From: an uncultured Bacteroidales bacterium
GTDB lineage: Bacteria > Bacteroidota > Bacteroidia > Bacteroidales > UBA932
Reading direction: 5' to 3'
DNA length: 64,000 nt
NCBI GenBank assembly: GCA_946529105.1
Contig: CAMMYY010000018.1
Location: 7,896-71,895 of the forward strand
The translations under genes and the position numbers were made by a program. Shown here in pieces: positions 50,242 through 60,380 of the stretch (the first letter of the stretch is position 1; each line of letters opens with the position of its first letter). The notes beneath the pieces are model-generated. The model had not been told where the DNA came from. It ran no database searches and saw only the letters and a list, made by a program, of their open reading frames with translations.

Positions 50242-52209
50242 ATGAAAAGAAGAATCCTCCTCTCGGCGCTCGCCATCCTGCTGTCCGCCCCTTTGAAAGC
50301 CGACGAAGGCATGTGGCTTCCCGCCCTCATCAGTGAAAGAATCGCCGACATGCAGGCCAAAGGCTGCCGGCTCAGTGCAGAAGATATCTACAGCATCAAC
50401 CAAGCTTCCCTGAAGGATGCCGTCGTCCTCTTCGGCCGCGGCTGCACCGGTGAACTGGTCAGCGACGAAGGGCTCCTTTTCACCAACCACCACTGCGGCT
50501 ACAGCTACATCCAGAAACACTCCTCCGTAGAGCACGATTACCTGAAAGACGGCTTCTGGGCCCTCTCCCGGGCCGACGAGCTTCCCAACCCCGGCCTCAC
50601 CGTCCGCTTCCTTGAAAGGATGGAAGACGTAACCGCCCAGGTCCTGAAAGGGTACAATCCCCGCAAAATGGACGAATCGGCCCGCGAAGCGCTTGTGAAA
50701 GCCAATGCCAAGAAACTCCGCCAGGCCGCCGAGAAAGACGGCAACGGCCTCAAGGCCAGCGTGGAAGCCCTTTATTACGGGAACCAGTACTTCCTCTTCG
50801 TCTTCCGTGAGTACCGGGACGTCCGCCTTGTGGGCGCGCCCCCGTCCTCGATCGGCAAGTTCGGCGGAGAGACCGACAACTGGATGTGGCCCCGCCACAC
50901 CGGTGACTTCTCCATCTTCCGCATCTACGCCGGCAAGGACAACCTCCCGGCCGACTACAGCGCCGACAATGTTCCCTATCGGCCCAAGAAATCGCTGAAG
51001 ATTTCCCGTCAGGGCGTCCGGGAAGGCGACTTCACCTTTGTCTATGGCTGCCCCGGCAGCACCCGCGAATACATCCATTCCGCCGAGGTGGATTATATCG
51101 CCAATGTGTCGGACCCCGAAAAGATCGCCCTCCGCACGACCCGGCTCGACATCATGAGAAAATACATGTCGGGGAGCCAGGCCGTCCGCATCCAGTATTC
51201 CTCCAAGTTCGCCTCCGTGGCCAATGCCTGGAAAAAGTGGCAGGGAGAGGCCAAGGGCATCCGCAAGATGAAGACCGTCGCGGTAAAACAAGCCTTTGAG
51301 AAGCAGTTCAGCGAGTGGGCCAAAGGCACGCCCTACGAAGGCACCACCGACCGGCTGGAAAAACTCTACGCCGCCCGCAACCCCATCTACAGGGCATACG
51401 AATACTATAATGAAAGCGTCCGCGCCATCGAGAAACTGCGCATGGCCGTTACCGACAAACCGGACCTGAAAGACTATTACCAGCCCATCGACGAAGAGAC
51501 CTTCGTCGCCATGATGAGCGCTTTCGACCAGGCCCTGGACGACAGCTACAAACCTGCTTACTTCCTCACCAAACGGGCCGAATATGGCAGCTTCGAGGCC
51601 TGGAAAGACGCTGTGTTCACCCATCCCGAAGAGGCCCGCGCCCTGTCGGAGGCCATCGACGCCTATTATTACGACGTCCTCTCCCCTCAGGTCAAAGCCT
51701 TCAACCAGGCCATCAACCTGGAGAACCGCACCTACATGAAGGGCCAGATGGCCTTTCTCTCCGACAAGACTTTCTATCCGGACGCCAACCTTACCCTCCG
51801 CGTCGCCTACGGCCACGTGGAAGGTTACAGCCCTTCGGATGCCGTTTACTATCGGCCCGTCTCCACGCTGAAAGGCATCATTGAGAAAGACAACCCGGAC
51901 ATCTTCGACTACAACATTCCGCAGACCCTCCGCGACATCTACGCGGAAGGCGGTCACGACAACCAGCCCGTCTGCTTCCTAGCCACCAACCACACCACCG
52001 GCGGCAACTCCGGCAGCCCCGTCCTGAATGCAGACGGAAACCTGATCGGCATCAACTTCGACCGCGTGTGGGAAGGCACCATGAGCGACATCGTCTTTGA
52101 CCCGGAATTCTGCCGCAACATCTCGCTGGACGTGCGGTATATCCTTTTCACTATCCAGGAAATCGGCCATGCCGGATACCTCCTGGACGAAATGCATTTT
52201 GCAGACTAA
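50242..52209 (+). CDS. S46 dipeptidyl peptidase, DPP11-like (Asp/Glu-specific)
   Basis: ADEGMWLP, TNHHC, DNWMWPRHTGDF, TTGGNSGSP; FDR (Arg at the S1 position as in DPP11, versus FDG in DPP7). Confidence 0.9.
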   Translation: MKRRILLSALAILLSAPLKADEGMWLPALISERIADMQAKGCRLSAEDIYSINQASLKDAVVLFGRGCTGELVSDEGLLFTNHHCGYSYIQKHSSVEHDYLKDGFWALSRADELPNPGLTVRFLERMEDVTAQVLKGYNPRKMDESAREALVKANAKKLRQAAEKDGNGLKASVEALYYGNQYFLFVFREYRDVRLVGAPPSSIGKFGGETDNWMWPRHTGDFSIFRIYAGKDNLPADYSADNVPYRPKKSLKISRQGVREGDFTFVYGCPGSTREYIHSAEVDYIANVSDPEKIALRTTRLDIMRKYMSGSQAVRIQYSSKFASVANAWKKWQGEAKGIRKMKTVAVKQAFEKQFSEWAKGTPYEGTTDRLEKLYAARNPIYRAYEYYNESVRAIEKLRMAVTDKPDLKDYYQPIDEETFVAMMSAFDQALDDSYKPAYFLTKRAEYGSFEAWKDAVFTHPEEARALSEAIDAYYYDVLSPQVKAFNQAINLENRTYMKGQMAFLSDKTFYPDANLTLRVAYGHVEGYSPSDAVYYRPVSTLKGIIEKDNPDIFDYNIPQTLRDIYAEGGHDNQPVCFLATNHTTGGNSGSPVLNADGNLIGINFDRVWEGTMSDIVFDPEFCRNISLDVRYILFTIQEIGHAGYLLDEMHFAD

Positions 52210-52224
52210 AAAACAATTCATAGA

Positions 52225-53733
52225 ATGGACATCATCAACAACGCTTATGTGTCGGACAAGTACCAGTACACCATGGGAAAGTCCTACCTGGACTGCGGCA
52301 AACAGGACGAAATTGCCGTCTTCAACCTCTTTTACCGCAAAGCCCCCGAAAACAACAACTGGGCGGTCGTCAGCGGCACGGAAGAAGTGATTGAAATGGT
52401 AAAGAGCCTGGGCACGGAGCCGGAAGAGTTCTATGAGAAATTCCTTCCCGGAGACGCCTACAAGGAATTCCGCAAATACCTGAGCACCATGCGCTTCACC
52501 GGCGACCTCTACACCATGCGGGAGGGCGAGATTGTGTTCCCCAACCAGCCCATCGTCACCGTAGTGGCCCCGCTCATACAGGCACAGGTGTTGGAAACGC
52601 CCATGCTCTGCATCCTGAACCACCAGATGGCCGTGGCCACCAAGGCATCGCGCGTATGCCGCGCCACCGACAGACCCGTCAGTGAATTCGGTTCCCGCCG
52701 CGCCCATGGCCCCTGGGCTGCGGTCTATGGCGGCAAGGCGGCCCAGATTGCCGGCTGCGCCAGTTCCTCTAACATCCTGACGGGCGCCTTCAACAATGTC
52801 CCCTCCACCGGCACCATGGCACACAGCTTCATCACTTCCTACGGCAGCACCGTGGAAGGGGAACACAAAGCCTTCTGTGACTACATCAAAACCCACAAGG
52901 GCGAGAACCTGATCCTCCTGATCGATACCTACGACACCCTCCGCTGCGGCGTCAAGAATGCCATCCGCTCTTTCAAGGAAAACGGCATCGACGACAACTA
53001 CGCACCCGGTTACGGCATCCGCCTGGACAGCGGCGACCTGGCCTACCTCTCCCAGGAAGTACGCCGCATCCTGGACCAGCATGGCTGCAAAAAATGCAAG
53101 ATTTTCGCCACCAACGGCCTGGACGAATACCTGATCACGGACCTGGAGCGCCAGGGCGCCTGCATCGACAGCTACGGCGTGGGCGACGCCATCGCCACAT
53201 CCAAGGCGGCGCCTTGCTTCGGCAATGTCTACAAACTGGTGCAGATTGCCGGACAGCCCGTCCTCAAACGCTCGGAGGACAAGATCAAGCTCATCAACCC
53301 GGGCTTCCAGATCACCTGGCGCATATCGGCCCAGGACAAAGAGAAAGGGAATTCCCTGGACGGCTACGTTTTCAAGGCCGACGTCACCTGCCTCCGCGGC
53401 GATGCGATGGACCTGGCCATCCAGCAGGGAAAAACCATCACGGTCCGCGACGAGTTCGACTCCTTCAAGACCAAGACCTTCGAGGAAGGCCAGTACGACG
53501 CCCGCCCGCTTCAACTGCAGTCCGTCAAAAACGGAGAGCGCATCGCCCCTTACTATTCCCTGGCAGTGAAAAAGGCCTTCTACAAGGACAACCTCCATCA
53601 CTTCTCCCCTGCCGAACGGCGTCTGATCAACCCCCACTACTACAAAGTGGATATTTCCGACGACCTGTATGACGTCAAGATGTCCATCATCGGCAAACTG
53701 GTAAAAGAAATCGAAGACTTCCAAATCGATTAA
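52225..53733 (+). CDS. pncB: Nicotinate phosphoribosyltransferase
   Basis: DKYQYTM, QVLET, EFGSRRAHG, GTMAHS, LIDTYD, IRLDSGD. Confidence 0.93.
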   Translation: MDIINNAYVSDKYQYTMGKSYLDCGKQDEIAVFNLFYRKAPENNNWAVVSGTEEVIEMVKSLGTEPEEFYEKFLPGDAYKEFRKYLSTMRFTGDLYTMREGEIVFPNQPIVTVVAPLIQAQVLETPMLCILNHQMAVATKASRVCRATDRPVSEFGSRRAHGPWAAVYGGKAAQIAGCASSSNILTGAFNNVPSTGTMAHSFITSYGSTVEGEHKAFCDYIKTHKGENLILLIDTYDTLRCGVKNAIRSFKENGIDDNYAPGYGIRLDSGDLAYLSQEVRRILDQHGCKKCKIFATNGLDEYLITDLERQGACIDSYGVGDAIATSKAAPCFGNVYKLVQIAGQPVLKRSEDKIKLINPGFQITWRISAQDKEKGNSLDGYVFKADVTCLRGDAMDLAIQQGKTITVRDEFDSFKTKTFEEGQYDARPLQLQSVKNGERIAPYYSLAVKKAFYKDNLHHFSPAERRLINPHYYKVDISDDLYDVKMSIIGKLVKEIEDFQID

Positions 53734-53736
53734 CGC

Positions 53737-54324
53737 ATGAAAGACGCAGCACTTGTCGTCGTGGACATGCTCTACGACTTCATAGACGGTTCCATGGCCT
53801 GTCAGGAGGCCGACAAGGCCGTCGCCGGATCGCTCCGCTTCATCGAGGAGCAGACCGCCCTTACGGACCCCGACGACAGCGGGATCCGCAGCATCTTCCC
53901 CATCCTGTTCATCCGGGACCATCATCCTGCGAACCACTGCTCCTTTGCCGAGCAGGGCGGTCCCTGGCCGCCGCACTGTGTCCAGGGCACCCACGGGGCC
54001 GACATCCACAAAGACCTGGCCCCTTACGCCACCGAGGACCTCACCTTCTTCAAAGGCGAGAATCCTCAGCAGGAGCAGTACAGCGGCTTCGAAGGCAAGA
54101 ACCCCGCCGGACAGAGCCTGGCCGAAGTCCTGCACCTGATGGATATCCGCAACGTCATCATCTGCGGCATCGCCACGGAATACTGCGTCCGCAATACGGC
54201 CGAAGACCTCCTCAAGGACGGATTCAACGTCTCCATCCTCAAGGACTGCATCGCATACGTAGAAGCGAAAGGACACCATGAGGCCCTGAAGGCCATGGAA
54301 GAAGAAGGAATCCAGATACGATGA
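53737..54324 (+). CDS. pncA: Nicotinamidase / isochorismatase family
   Basis: VVDMLYDF, DHHP..HCSF, WPPHCVQGT, GIATEYCV; adjacent to pncB. Confidence 0.9.
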   Translation: MKDAALVVVDMLYDFIDGSMACQEADKAVAGSLRFIEEQTALTDPDDSGIRSIFPILFIRDHHPANHCSFAEQGGPWPPHCVQGTHGADIHKDLAPYATEDLTFFKGENPQQEQYSGFEGKNPAGQSLAEVLHLMDIRNVIICGIATEYCVRNTAEDLLKDGFNVSILKDCIAYVEAKGHHEALKAMEEEGIQIR

Positions 54325-56456
54325 CCCGTGACATCTTCCAGGATCTGAACACCCGCCAGCGGGAAGCCGTACAGGCCACCGAGGGCCGTATCCGCGTGGT
54401 CGCAGGGGCGGGAACGGGCAAGACGAAAGCCCTCACCCACCGCTATGCCTACCTGGTGAACGTCCTGGGAATCGACCCGGCCAACATCCTCTGCCTCACC
54501 TTCACCAACAAAGCCGCCGCCGAGATGCGCACCCGCATTGCCGACATGGTCCACAGCGGCGACTACAACGACTTCGTCTGCACCCTCCACGGTTTCTGCG
54601 TCAAATTCCTCCGCAAAGAGATCTACCGCCTGGGCTTCCCCAAAAGCTTCACCGTCCTGGACGAAGAAGACAGCAAGGCCATCGCCAAGCAGACCATGGA
54701 CGAAATGGGTCTCAAGCGCACCGAAAAGACCGTCAAGCAGTTTCTGGAGGGAATCGGGGCCGACAAAGCCCTGAACGGTTACATCCAGACCTACATGCTT
54801 CCGGGCTCCGTCATTTCCGACCAGATGCGGCAAACCTCCCGTCTGGCCGGATATGTGAGCCGCCAGATGAAGAACTACGCCCTGGATTTTGACGACTTGA
54901 TGAACGTCACCAAATACATCCTAGACCACTTCCCCGATGCGGCCGACCACTGGCAGACCCAGCTCAACTACATCATGGTGGACGAAGCCCAGGACTGCAA
55001 CCTGGACGACTGGGACCTCGTGGAGCGCCTGAGCGCCAAACACCGCAACCTGTTCGTCGTCGGCGACCCGGACCAGGCCATCTACCAGTGGCGCGGCGCC
55101 CGCCCCGACCTCTTTGTCCAGTTCGCCGCCGACCAGACCATCATCCTGGACGAGAATTACCGCTCCACGCCCCGCATTCTGGATGTCGCCAACTGCGTCA
55201 TCGCCAACAACCAGAACCGCATTCCCAAGGACCTGTTCACCCGCAAGGCCGAAGGACGCGCCGTCGTCCACTTCCACGGGAAAAGCGAAAGCGAAGAGAC
55301 GGACTGGATCGTTTCCCAGATTCAGAACCTACTGAAGGGCGGCGCCCGCGTAAATGACATCGCCATCCTGTACCGGAGTTCCTACCAGTCCCGCGCTTTG
55401 GAGCAGGCCCTGCTGAATGCCCGGCTGGAATACACCATCTTGGGAGGCACCCGTTTCTTCGAAAGGAAAGAGATCAAGGACGCTCTCAGTTACCTCCGCC
55501 TGGTGCTGAACCAGGACGACGACCTCAGCTTCGAGCGCATCATCAACGTCCCCTCCCGGAAGCTGGGCCGGAAATTCCTGGACCAGGTCCGCCTCACGGC
55601 TTCCGAACGCGGCATCTCCTTGTACAGCGCCCTGGAACTGGGGGCCGATTCCAAGGCCCAGCCTTTCATCGGCCTTATTGAAGATGCCCGGCAGTATGCC
55701 CGGGACCATCGGGTCAGCGACCTGCTGAACCGTCTCCTGGACCGCTCCGGCTACAAGAAGATGGTCCGGGAGGACCAGGACGAAGACCGCCTGGAGAACC
55801 TGGACGAACTGCTTTCCAGCATCCGCTTTTACGAAAGCGTCCGCACTCCGGAGGAAAGCACCCTCGCCGACTACCTGCAGGACATTGCCCTGTACACCAA
55901 CGACGATCACCGCAAAGACGTCCCTACCCTGAAACTGATGACCATCCACCAGGCCAAGGGACTGGAGTTTCCCTATGTCTTCGTCGTCGGCCTGTCGGAA
56001 GGCATTTTCCCCAACCTGAGAAGCATCCGGGAAGGGAAGAAAGCCGGCGAAGAAGAAGAGCGCAGGCTCATGTACGTTGCCGTCACCCGGGCCGAGAATG
56101 CGCTCTTCCTCACCGAATCGGAAGGCTACAACCTCTCCACCAAAACCAACAAATATCCCTCCCGTTTCCTGGCCGAAATCAAGCGGAATCTCGTTGTCAC
56201 AGAGGGATTCATCCCGGAGGAACTGTGGCGGGGCACCCGCAATCTCTCCCATGTGCTGGACCAGGAGGACTTCACCGCAGAACGGGCGTCCTACCAGTCC
56301 CCGTTCCAGGTGGGCGACACGGTGACGCACCCCGTCTTCGGCGAAGGCGTGATTGTCGGGGCCAACAGAGATTTCACCAGCTTCGAAGTGAAATTTGACT
56401 CCGGCGCCGTCCGGACCCTCCGCGCCGGGTTCCTCTCCCAGGCGGATTTACCGTAA
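54321..56456 (+). CDS. UvrD/PcrA-family SF1 DNA helicase
   Basis: AGAGTGKT, TFTNKAA, VDEAQD, GDPDQAIY, NYRS, TIHQAKGLEF, EERRLMYVAVTRA; C-terminal Tudor-like HPVFGEG. Confidence 0.93.
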   Translation: MTRDIFQDLNTRQREAVQATEGRIRVVAGAGTGKTKALTHRYAYLVNVLGIDPANILCLTFTNKAAAEMRTRIADMVHSGDYNDFVCTLHGFCVKFLRKEIYRLGFPKSFTVLDEEDSKAIAKQTMDEMGLKRTEKTVKQFLEGIGADKALNGYIQTYMLPGSVISDQMRQTSRLAGYVSRQMKNYALDFDDLMNVTKYILDHFPDAADHWQTQLNYIMVDEAQDCNLDDWDLVERLSAKHRNLFVVGDPDQAIYQWRGARPDLFVQFAADQTIILDENYRSTPRILDVANCVIANNQNRIPKDLFTRKAEGRAVVHFHGKSESEETDWIVSQIQNLLKGGARVNDIAILYRSSYQSRALEQALLNARLEYTILGGTRFFERKEIKDALSYLRLVLNQDDDLSFERIINVPSRKLGRKFLDQVRLTASERGISLYSALELGADSKAQPFIGLIEDARQYARDHRVSDLLNRLLDRSGYKKMVREDQDEDRLENLDELLSSIRFYESVRTPEESTLADYLQDIALYTNDDHRKDVPTLKLMTIHQAKGLEFPYVFVVGLSEGIFPNLRSIREGKKAGEEEERRLMYVAVTRAENALFLTESEGYNLSTKTNKYPSRFLAEIKRNLVVTEGFIPEELWRGTRNLSHVLDQEDFTAERASYQSPFQVGDTVTHPVFGEGVIVGANRDFTSFEVKFDSGAVRTLRAGFLSQADLP

Positions 56457-56478
56457 TTTTTCCGTATCTTTGCAGTCT

Positions 56479-57621
56479 ATGACGACACTGGAACAAATCA
56501 AAGACCTCCAGGAGCGCCTTTCCACGCTGGAGGGGTGCCTGGACATTCCCGGCAAACGGAAGGAAGTGGCAGCCAAGACCGAGGAAACACTGGCCCCGGA
56601 CTTCTGGGGAGACCCGAAAGCCGCGGAAGCCTTCCTCAAAAAGCTCTCTCTCATCAAAAGCTGGATCACGGACTTCGACAAAGCGAAATCCGCCGTGGAA
56701 GACCTCGAAGTCCTCTACGACTTCGCCAAAGAGAGCCTTTCCGGTGCCGACGACGAAGCCGTCGAGACGGAAGAGACCAAGGAACTTGATGCGGCCTTCA
56801 CGTCGGCAGTCGAAGCCGTGGAAGCCCTGGAACTGCGCAATATGCTGGGAGGCGAAGGCGACAACCTGGGTGCCGTCCTCACTATCAATTCCGGAGCCGG
56901 CGGCACCGAGGCCAACGACTGGAGTTCCATGCTCATGAGAATGTACCTCCGCTGGGGCGAGCGCAACGGCTATAAAATGACGGTCACCTCCCTCCTCGAA
57001 GGCGAAGAAGCCGGCATCAAGAGCGCCACCATCGAAGTGGAAGGCGACTACGCCTACGGCTACCTGAAGGCCGAAAACGGCGTGCACCGCCTGGTGCGGA
57101 TCTCCCCTTTCAACGCCCAGGGAAAACGGCAGACCACCTTCTCCAGTGTCTTTGTGTACCCGCTGGTAGACGACAGCATCAACATTGAAATCAACCCTTC
57201 CGACCTGGAGTGGGACACCTTCCGAAGCGGCGGCCACGGCGGCCAGAACGTGAACAAAGTGGAGACCGGCGTCCGGGTACGGCATCTTCCTTCCGGCATC
57301 ATGGTGGAGAATACGGAGACCCGGTCCCAGCAGGACAACCGGCAGCGCGCCCTCCTGATCCTGAAATCGCGTCTGTACGACATCGAGCTCAAGAAACGCC
57401 AGGAAAAGCAGGCCGAACTGGAAGGCCAGAAAAAACGCATCGAATGGGGGTCCCAGATCCGCAATTACGTCCTCCACCCCTACAAACTGGTGAAAGACCT
57501 CCGCACCGGCTACAATACGGCCGACACCCAAGGCGTCCTGGACGGAGACCTCAACGAATTCATGAAAACATATCTGATGGGGAAAGGCGCCGCAGTGACG
57601 GACTCCGAAGAAGACTTGTAA
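56479..57621 (+). CDS. prfB: Peptide chain release factor 2 (no frameshift)
   Basis: SPF tripeptide (VRISPFN), GGQ, GAGGTE, WGSQIR; continuous ORF from ATG 56479. Confidence 0.96.
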   Translation: MTTLEQIKDLQERLSTLEGCLDIPGKRKEVAAKTEETLAPDFWGDPKAAEAFLKKLSLIKSWITDFDKAKSAVEDLEVLYDFAKESLSGADDEAVETEETKELDAAFTSAVEAVEALELRNMLGGEGDNLGAVLTINSGAGGTEANDWSSMLMRMYLRWGERNGYKMTVTSLLEGEEAGIKSATIEVEGDYAYGYLKAENGVHRLVRISPFNAQGKRQTTFSSVFVYPLVDDSINIEINPSDLEWDTFRSGGHGGQNVNKVETGVRVRHLPSGIMVENTETRSQQDNRQRALLILKSRLYDIELKKRQEKQAELEGQKKRIEWGSQIRNYVLHPYKLVKDLRTGYNTADTQGVLDGDLNEFMKTYLMGKGAAVTDSEEDL

Positions 57622-57624
57622 AGC

Positions 57625-57661
57625 AAAAAGGTTGGATTCAAAACGAACCCAACCTTTTTTT
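57625..57661. terminator. Bidirectional intrinsic terminator
   Basis: aaaaaggttggattc-aaaac-gaacccaaccttttttt. Confidence 0.85.
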
Positions 57662-57677
57662 CAAGCAAACTGCCCTG

Positions 57678-59120
57678 CTAACGGTAAATGTTGTACTGGC
57701 TGTAGAGGCTGCCGTACATCTGACCCAGCACCTCAAGGTAAGGCTGGCCTTCGAAGAGGGTGGTGCGGTATACGGTATTGTCTACCATGTAGTACTCGAC
57801 GCCGTTCATTACGATAATCTCGTAGTCGTCGGGCAGGGAAGATACCAGGGCGCCGGCCGGAGGGACGATGGTGGTATACACACCCGAAGCGGAAATGGTA
57901 TAGAACACGCCGTCCTGATAATAGTAGTTGGAGTTGGCATAAGCGTAGCTCTGCACAAGTCCCAGCTTTTCGGCCAGTTCGTAAGCCGTGAGGGCACGGT
58001 TGGCGTTGATGGCGTAAGAAGCGTTGGCGGCGGCCAGGCGGGCATTCTGCTGGGCGATGATCAGGTTCTGGCGGGCAATCACATTGTAGTAATCGAAGGT
58101 GCGGCTGTACGTGCGATAGGTGTCGCAGTAGTAAGCGAAGCGGATCACGTTCAGGATTGCTCTGTCAATGGCCCTTTCCAGCGGAGTGCCGAAAGGAGGA
58201 CGGCATACGACATACGAAGCGCCGTAGCTGCGGTAATAGATGCCGTTGTAGTAATAGTAGTCGATGCCCCAGTGGCTGATCCGGCGCCAGGAAGGAGGCA
58301 GGCTGTGGATCCGGTAGCCATAGTAGTGCGGGTGATCTCCCCAGAAATAGCCGGGGCGGTCCCAGGGCATGGGCTCGCGCATACGGGGAGCCATGCGCAT
58401 GACATTGTGGTTCGCGTCGACCTGGATGACATCATTGTAGCGGTAGTTTCCGCCATTGTCCTTATAGGTCTCCTGGACAGCTACGGCATTGGCGTTGTCA
58501 CTCCCTCCGCTGAGGCCGTTGCGGCTCACATTGCTGGAGCGGACCGTGCCGCCGGTAGCGGCCGTAGACGAACTGCGGACCGAAGAACTTGAACCGCTGG
58601 AACGGACAGACGTACCTGCCGAAGATCCGGAAGAACGCACCGTTCCGCTGGCCGCATTGCCCGAGCGGACTGTTCCGGAAGAGGAAGAACCGCTGGAACG
58701 GACAGTGTTGGAACTGCCGCTGGAGCGGACCGCACCGGAAGTGGAACTGCTGGAAGAGCGGGTGCTCTGACTGGAGGTACTGCCGGAACGGACAGTGCCG
58801 GAAGAGCGGGTGCTCTGGCTGGAAGTGCTGCCGGAACGGACAGTGCCGGAAGTAGAACTGCCGGAAGAGCGTGTGCTCTGGCTGGAAGTGCTGCCGGAAC
58901 GGACAGTGCCGGAAGAACGGGTACCGCTCTGACTGGAGGTGCTGCCGGAACGGACAGTACTGGAAGAACTGCTGCCGGAGCGGGTGGAAGTGGATGATCT
59001 TGAAGTGGTGCTGCGGGTGCTTCCGCTGGAGGAAGAACGGGTCTGCGCCATCATATCAGGTGCCACGAGCATAGCCAAGGCAAGAATGATGGAGGCGGCG
59101 GTTGTCATAATCCTTCTCAT
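57678..59120 (-). CDS. Secreted protein with Ser/Thr/Arg/Gly repeats and Tyr-rich DUF6515-like domains
   Basis: Signal peptide; long low-complexity tract; YYYYNGIYY..YVVCRPPFG and YYYQDGVFY..PPAGALV..LP modules. Confidence 0.7.
   Translation of the reverse strand: MRRIMTTAASIILALAMLVAPDMMAQTRSSSSGSTRSTTSRSSTSTRSGSSSSSTVRSGSTSSQSGTRSSGTVRSGSTSSQSTRSSGSSTSGTVRSGSTSSQSTRSSGTVRSGSTSSQSTRSSSSSTSGAVRSSGSSNTVRSSGSSSSGTVRSGNAASGTVRSSGSSAGTSVRSSGSSSSVRSSSTAATGGTVRSSNVSRNGLSGGSDNANAVAVQETYKDNGGNYRYNDVIQVDANHNVMRMAPRMREPMPWDRPGYFWGDHPHYYGYRIHSLPPSWRRISHWGIDYYYYNGIYYRSYGASYVVCRPPFGTPLERAIDRAILNVIRFAYYCDTYRTYSRTFDYYNVIARQNLIIAQQNARLAAANASYAINANRALTAYELAEKLGLVQSYAYANSNYYYQDGVFYTISASGVYTTIVPPAGALVSSLPDDYEIIVMNGVEYYMVDNTVYRTTLFEGQPYLEVLGQMYGSLYSQYNIYR
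58752..58977 (-). repeat. Coding tandem repeat, ~48-bp unit, about 4 copies
   Basis: Unit similar to ggaagagcgggtgctctggctggaagtgctgccggaacggacagtgcc, encoding GTVRSGSTSSQSTRSS. Confidence 0.8.
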
Positions 59121-59140
59121 AGCATCTTAGTTTTTAGGAG

Positions 59141-60376
59141 TTATCGGTATAAGTAATACTGTTCGGAGAGCGAGCGGAAGTCCTCGGTATCCTTGGTCCA
59201 GTAATCAACGATATCTGCTACTTTCATTCGCTTTCCGAAAGTAGTTCTTACATAATCCGTACCACAAATAATATCCAGCATCCTGGTTTTCTTCATCGGG
59301 TACGGGCTATGGTCCGGATACAGCTCGTTCACAGCCTGCATGACATAGAACTGGATGAGGGTGACGGGCGCTTTCCGGTAATTGGTAAAGAAGAACTGAA
59401 CGCCGTGGAGGAGTTTTCCGGACAGGGAGCCGGCGATGGGCTTGTAATGAATGGTACGGAAAGCAGTTCCGGGGATGTTATAGCTGTCCAGACGGGCTTT
59501 GAGAGCGTCGGCATCAATCCATTCGGCGGCAAAAGTTTCGAAGGGAATGGTGTATCCGACACCCGTATTCAAGTGGCCGAATTCACCGCAGATGCCCGAG
59601 GCGGCATAATGAAGGGCCGACTGAACCGAAGGGATATTGGGCGAAGGAAGAATCCACGGAAGGCCGGTGTCGGAAAAGAGCATCCAGCGATGCCAGCCGC
59701 GCATGGGGATGACGTTGAGACGGCATTTGAGCGGCTCCTGGTCTCCTTTCTGCCCACGGTTCAGGCCTTCTTCATTAATCAGGCCTGCCAACTCCCCTAC
59801 CGTGAGTCCGTACACGAACGGGATGTGGAACTCACTCACGAATGAGTAGAACCCGTCTTCAACGCAGGGGCCTTCAATCTTGGTGCCGCCGAGGGGATTC
59901 GGGCGGTCCAGGACCAGGACCTCGATATCGGCCTTGGCGCAGGCGCGCATGACAAGGCCCAGGGTGGATATGAACGTATAGCAACGCGTACCTACGTCCT
60001 GGATATCATACACCATCACGTCCACCCCTTTGAGCATTTCCGGAGTGGGTTCACGGGTACTGCCGTACAGGGAATACACTGGAAGACCGGTCTTGGGGTC
60101 CACGCCGCCGGCGACATGGTCGCCGGCATAGGCATCGCCGCGGACGCCGTGCTCAGGGCCATAAAGGGCCACCAGATTCACCTGGGGAGCCTCGAAGAGG
60201 ATGTCGATGGTGGAGCGCAGACGGCGGTCGACGCCGCTGGGGTTCGTCACCAGGCCCACGCGTTTGCCCTGCAACTCCTCGAAGCCGCCCCGCTCCAGCA
60301 CCTCGATACCGGTAAGGACCTGTGCCTGAAGGGATGCGCTCACAAAAAGAAGCAGCAGAAAGATCGTTCGTTTCAT
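59141..60376 (-). CDS. Exo-beta-N-acetylmuramidase NamZ (DUF1343) family
   Basis: VGLVTNPSG, PEHG.RG, DIQDVGTR.YTF, LDRPNP, PSPNIP. Confidence 0.9.
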   Translation of the reverse strand: MKRTIFLLLLFVSASLQAQVLTGIEVLERGGFEELQGKRVGLVTNPSGVDRRLRSTIDILFEAPQVNLVALYGPEHGVRGDAYAGDHVAGGVDPKTGLPVYSLYGSTREPTPEMLKGVDVMVYDIQDVGTRCYTFISTLGLVMRACAKADIEVLVLDRPNPLGGTKIEGPCVEDGFYSFVSEFHIPFVYGLTVGELAGLINEEGLNRGQKGDQEPLKCRLNVIPMRGWHRWMLFSDTGLPWILPSPNIPSVQSALHYAASGICGEFGHLNTGVGYTIPFETFAAEWIDADALKARLDSYNIPGTAFRTIHYKPIAGSLSGKLLHGVQFFFTNYRKAPVTLIQFYVMQAVNELYPDHSPYPMKKTRMLDIICGTDYVRTTFGKRMKVADIVDYWTKDTEDFRSLSEQYYLYR

Positions 60377-60380
60377 GGTA

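Noticed and set aside
52225-56456. pncB-pncA-helicase cluster as a possible NAD-linked defence system
   Set aside because: Canonical NAD salvage enzymes and a typical PcrA/UvrD with a Tudor-like tail; no sirtuin, TIR or nuclease partner.
58752-58977. Regularly spaced repeats resembling a CRISPR array
   Set aside because: In-frame coding tandem repeats with synonymous variation, no unique spacers and no cas genes.
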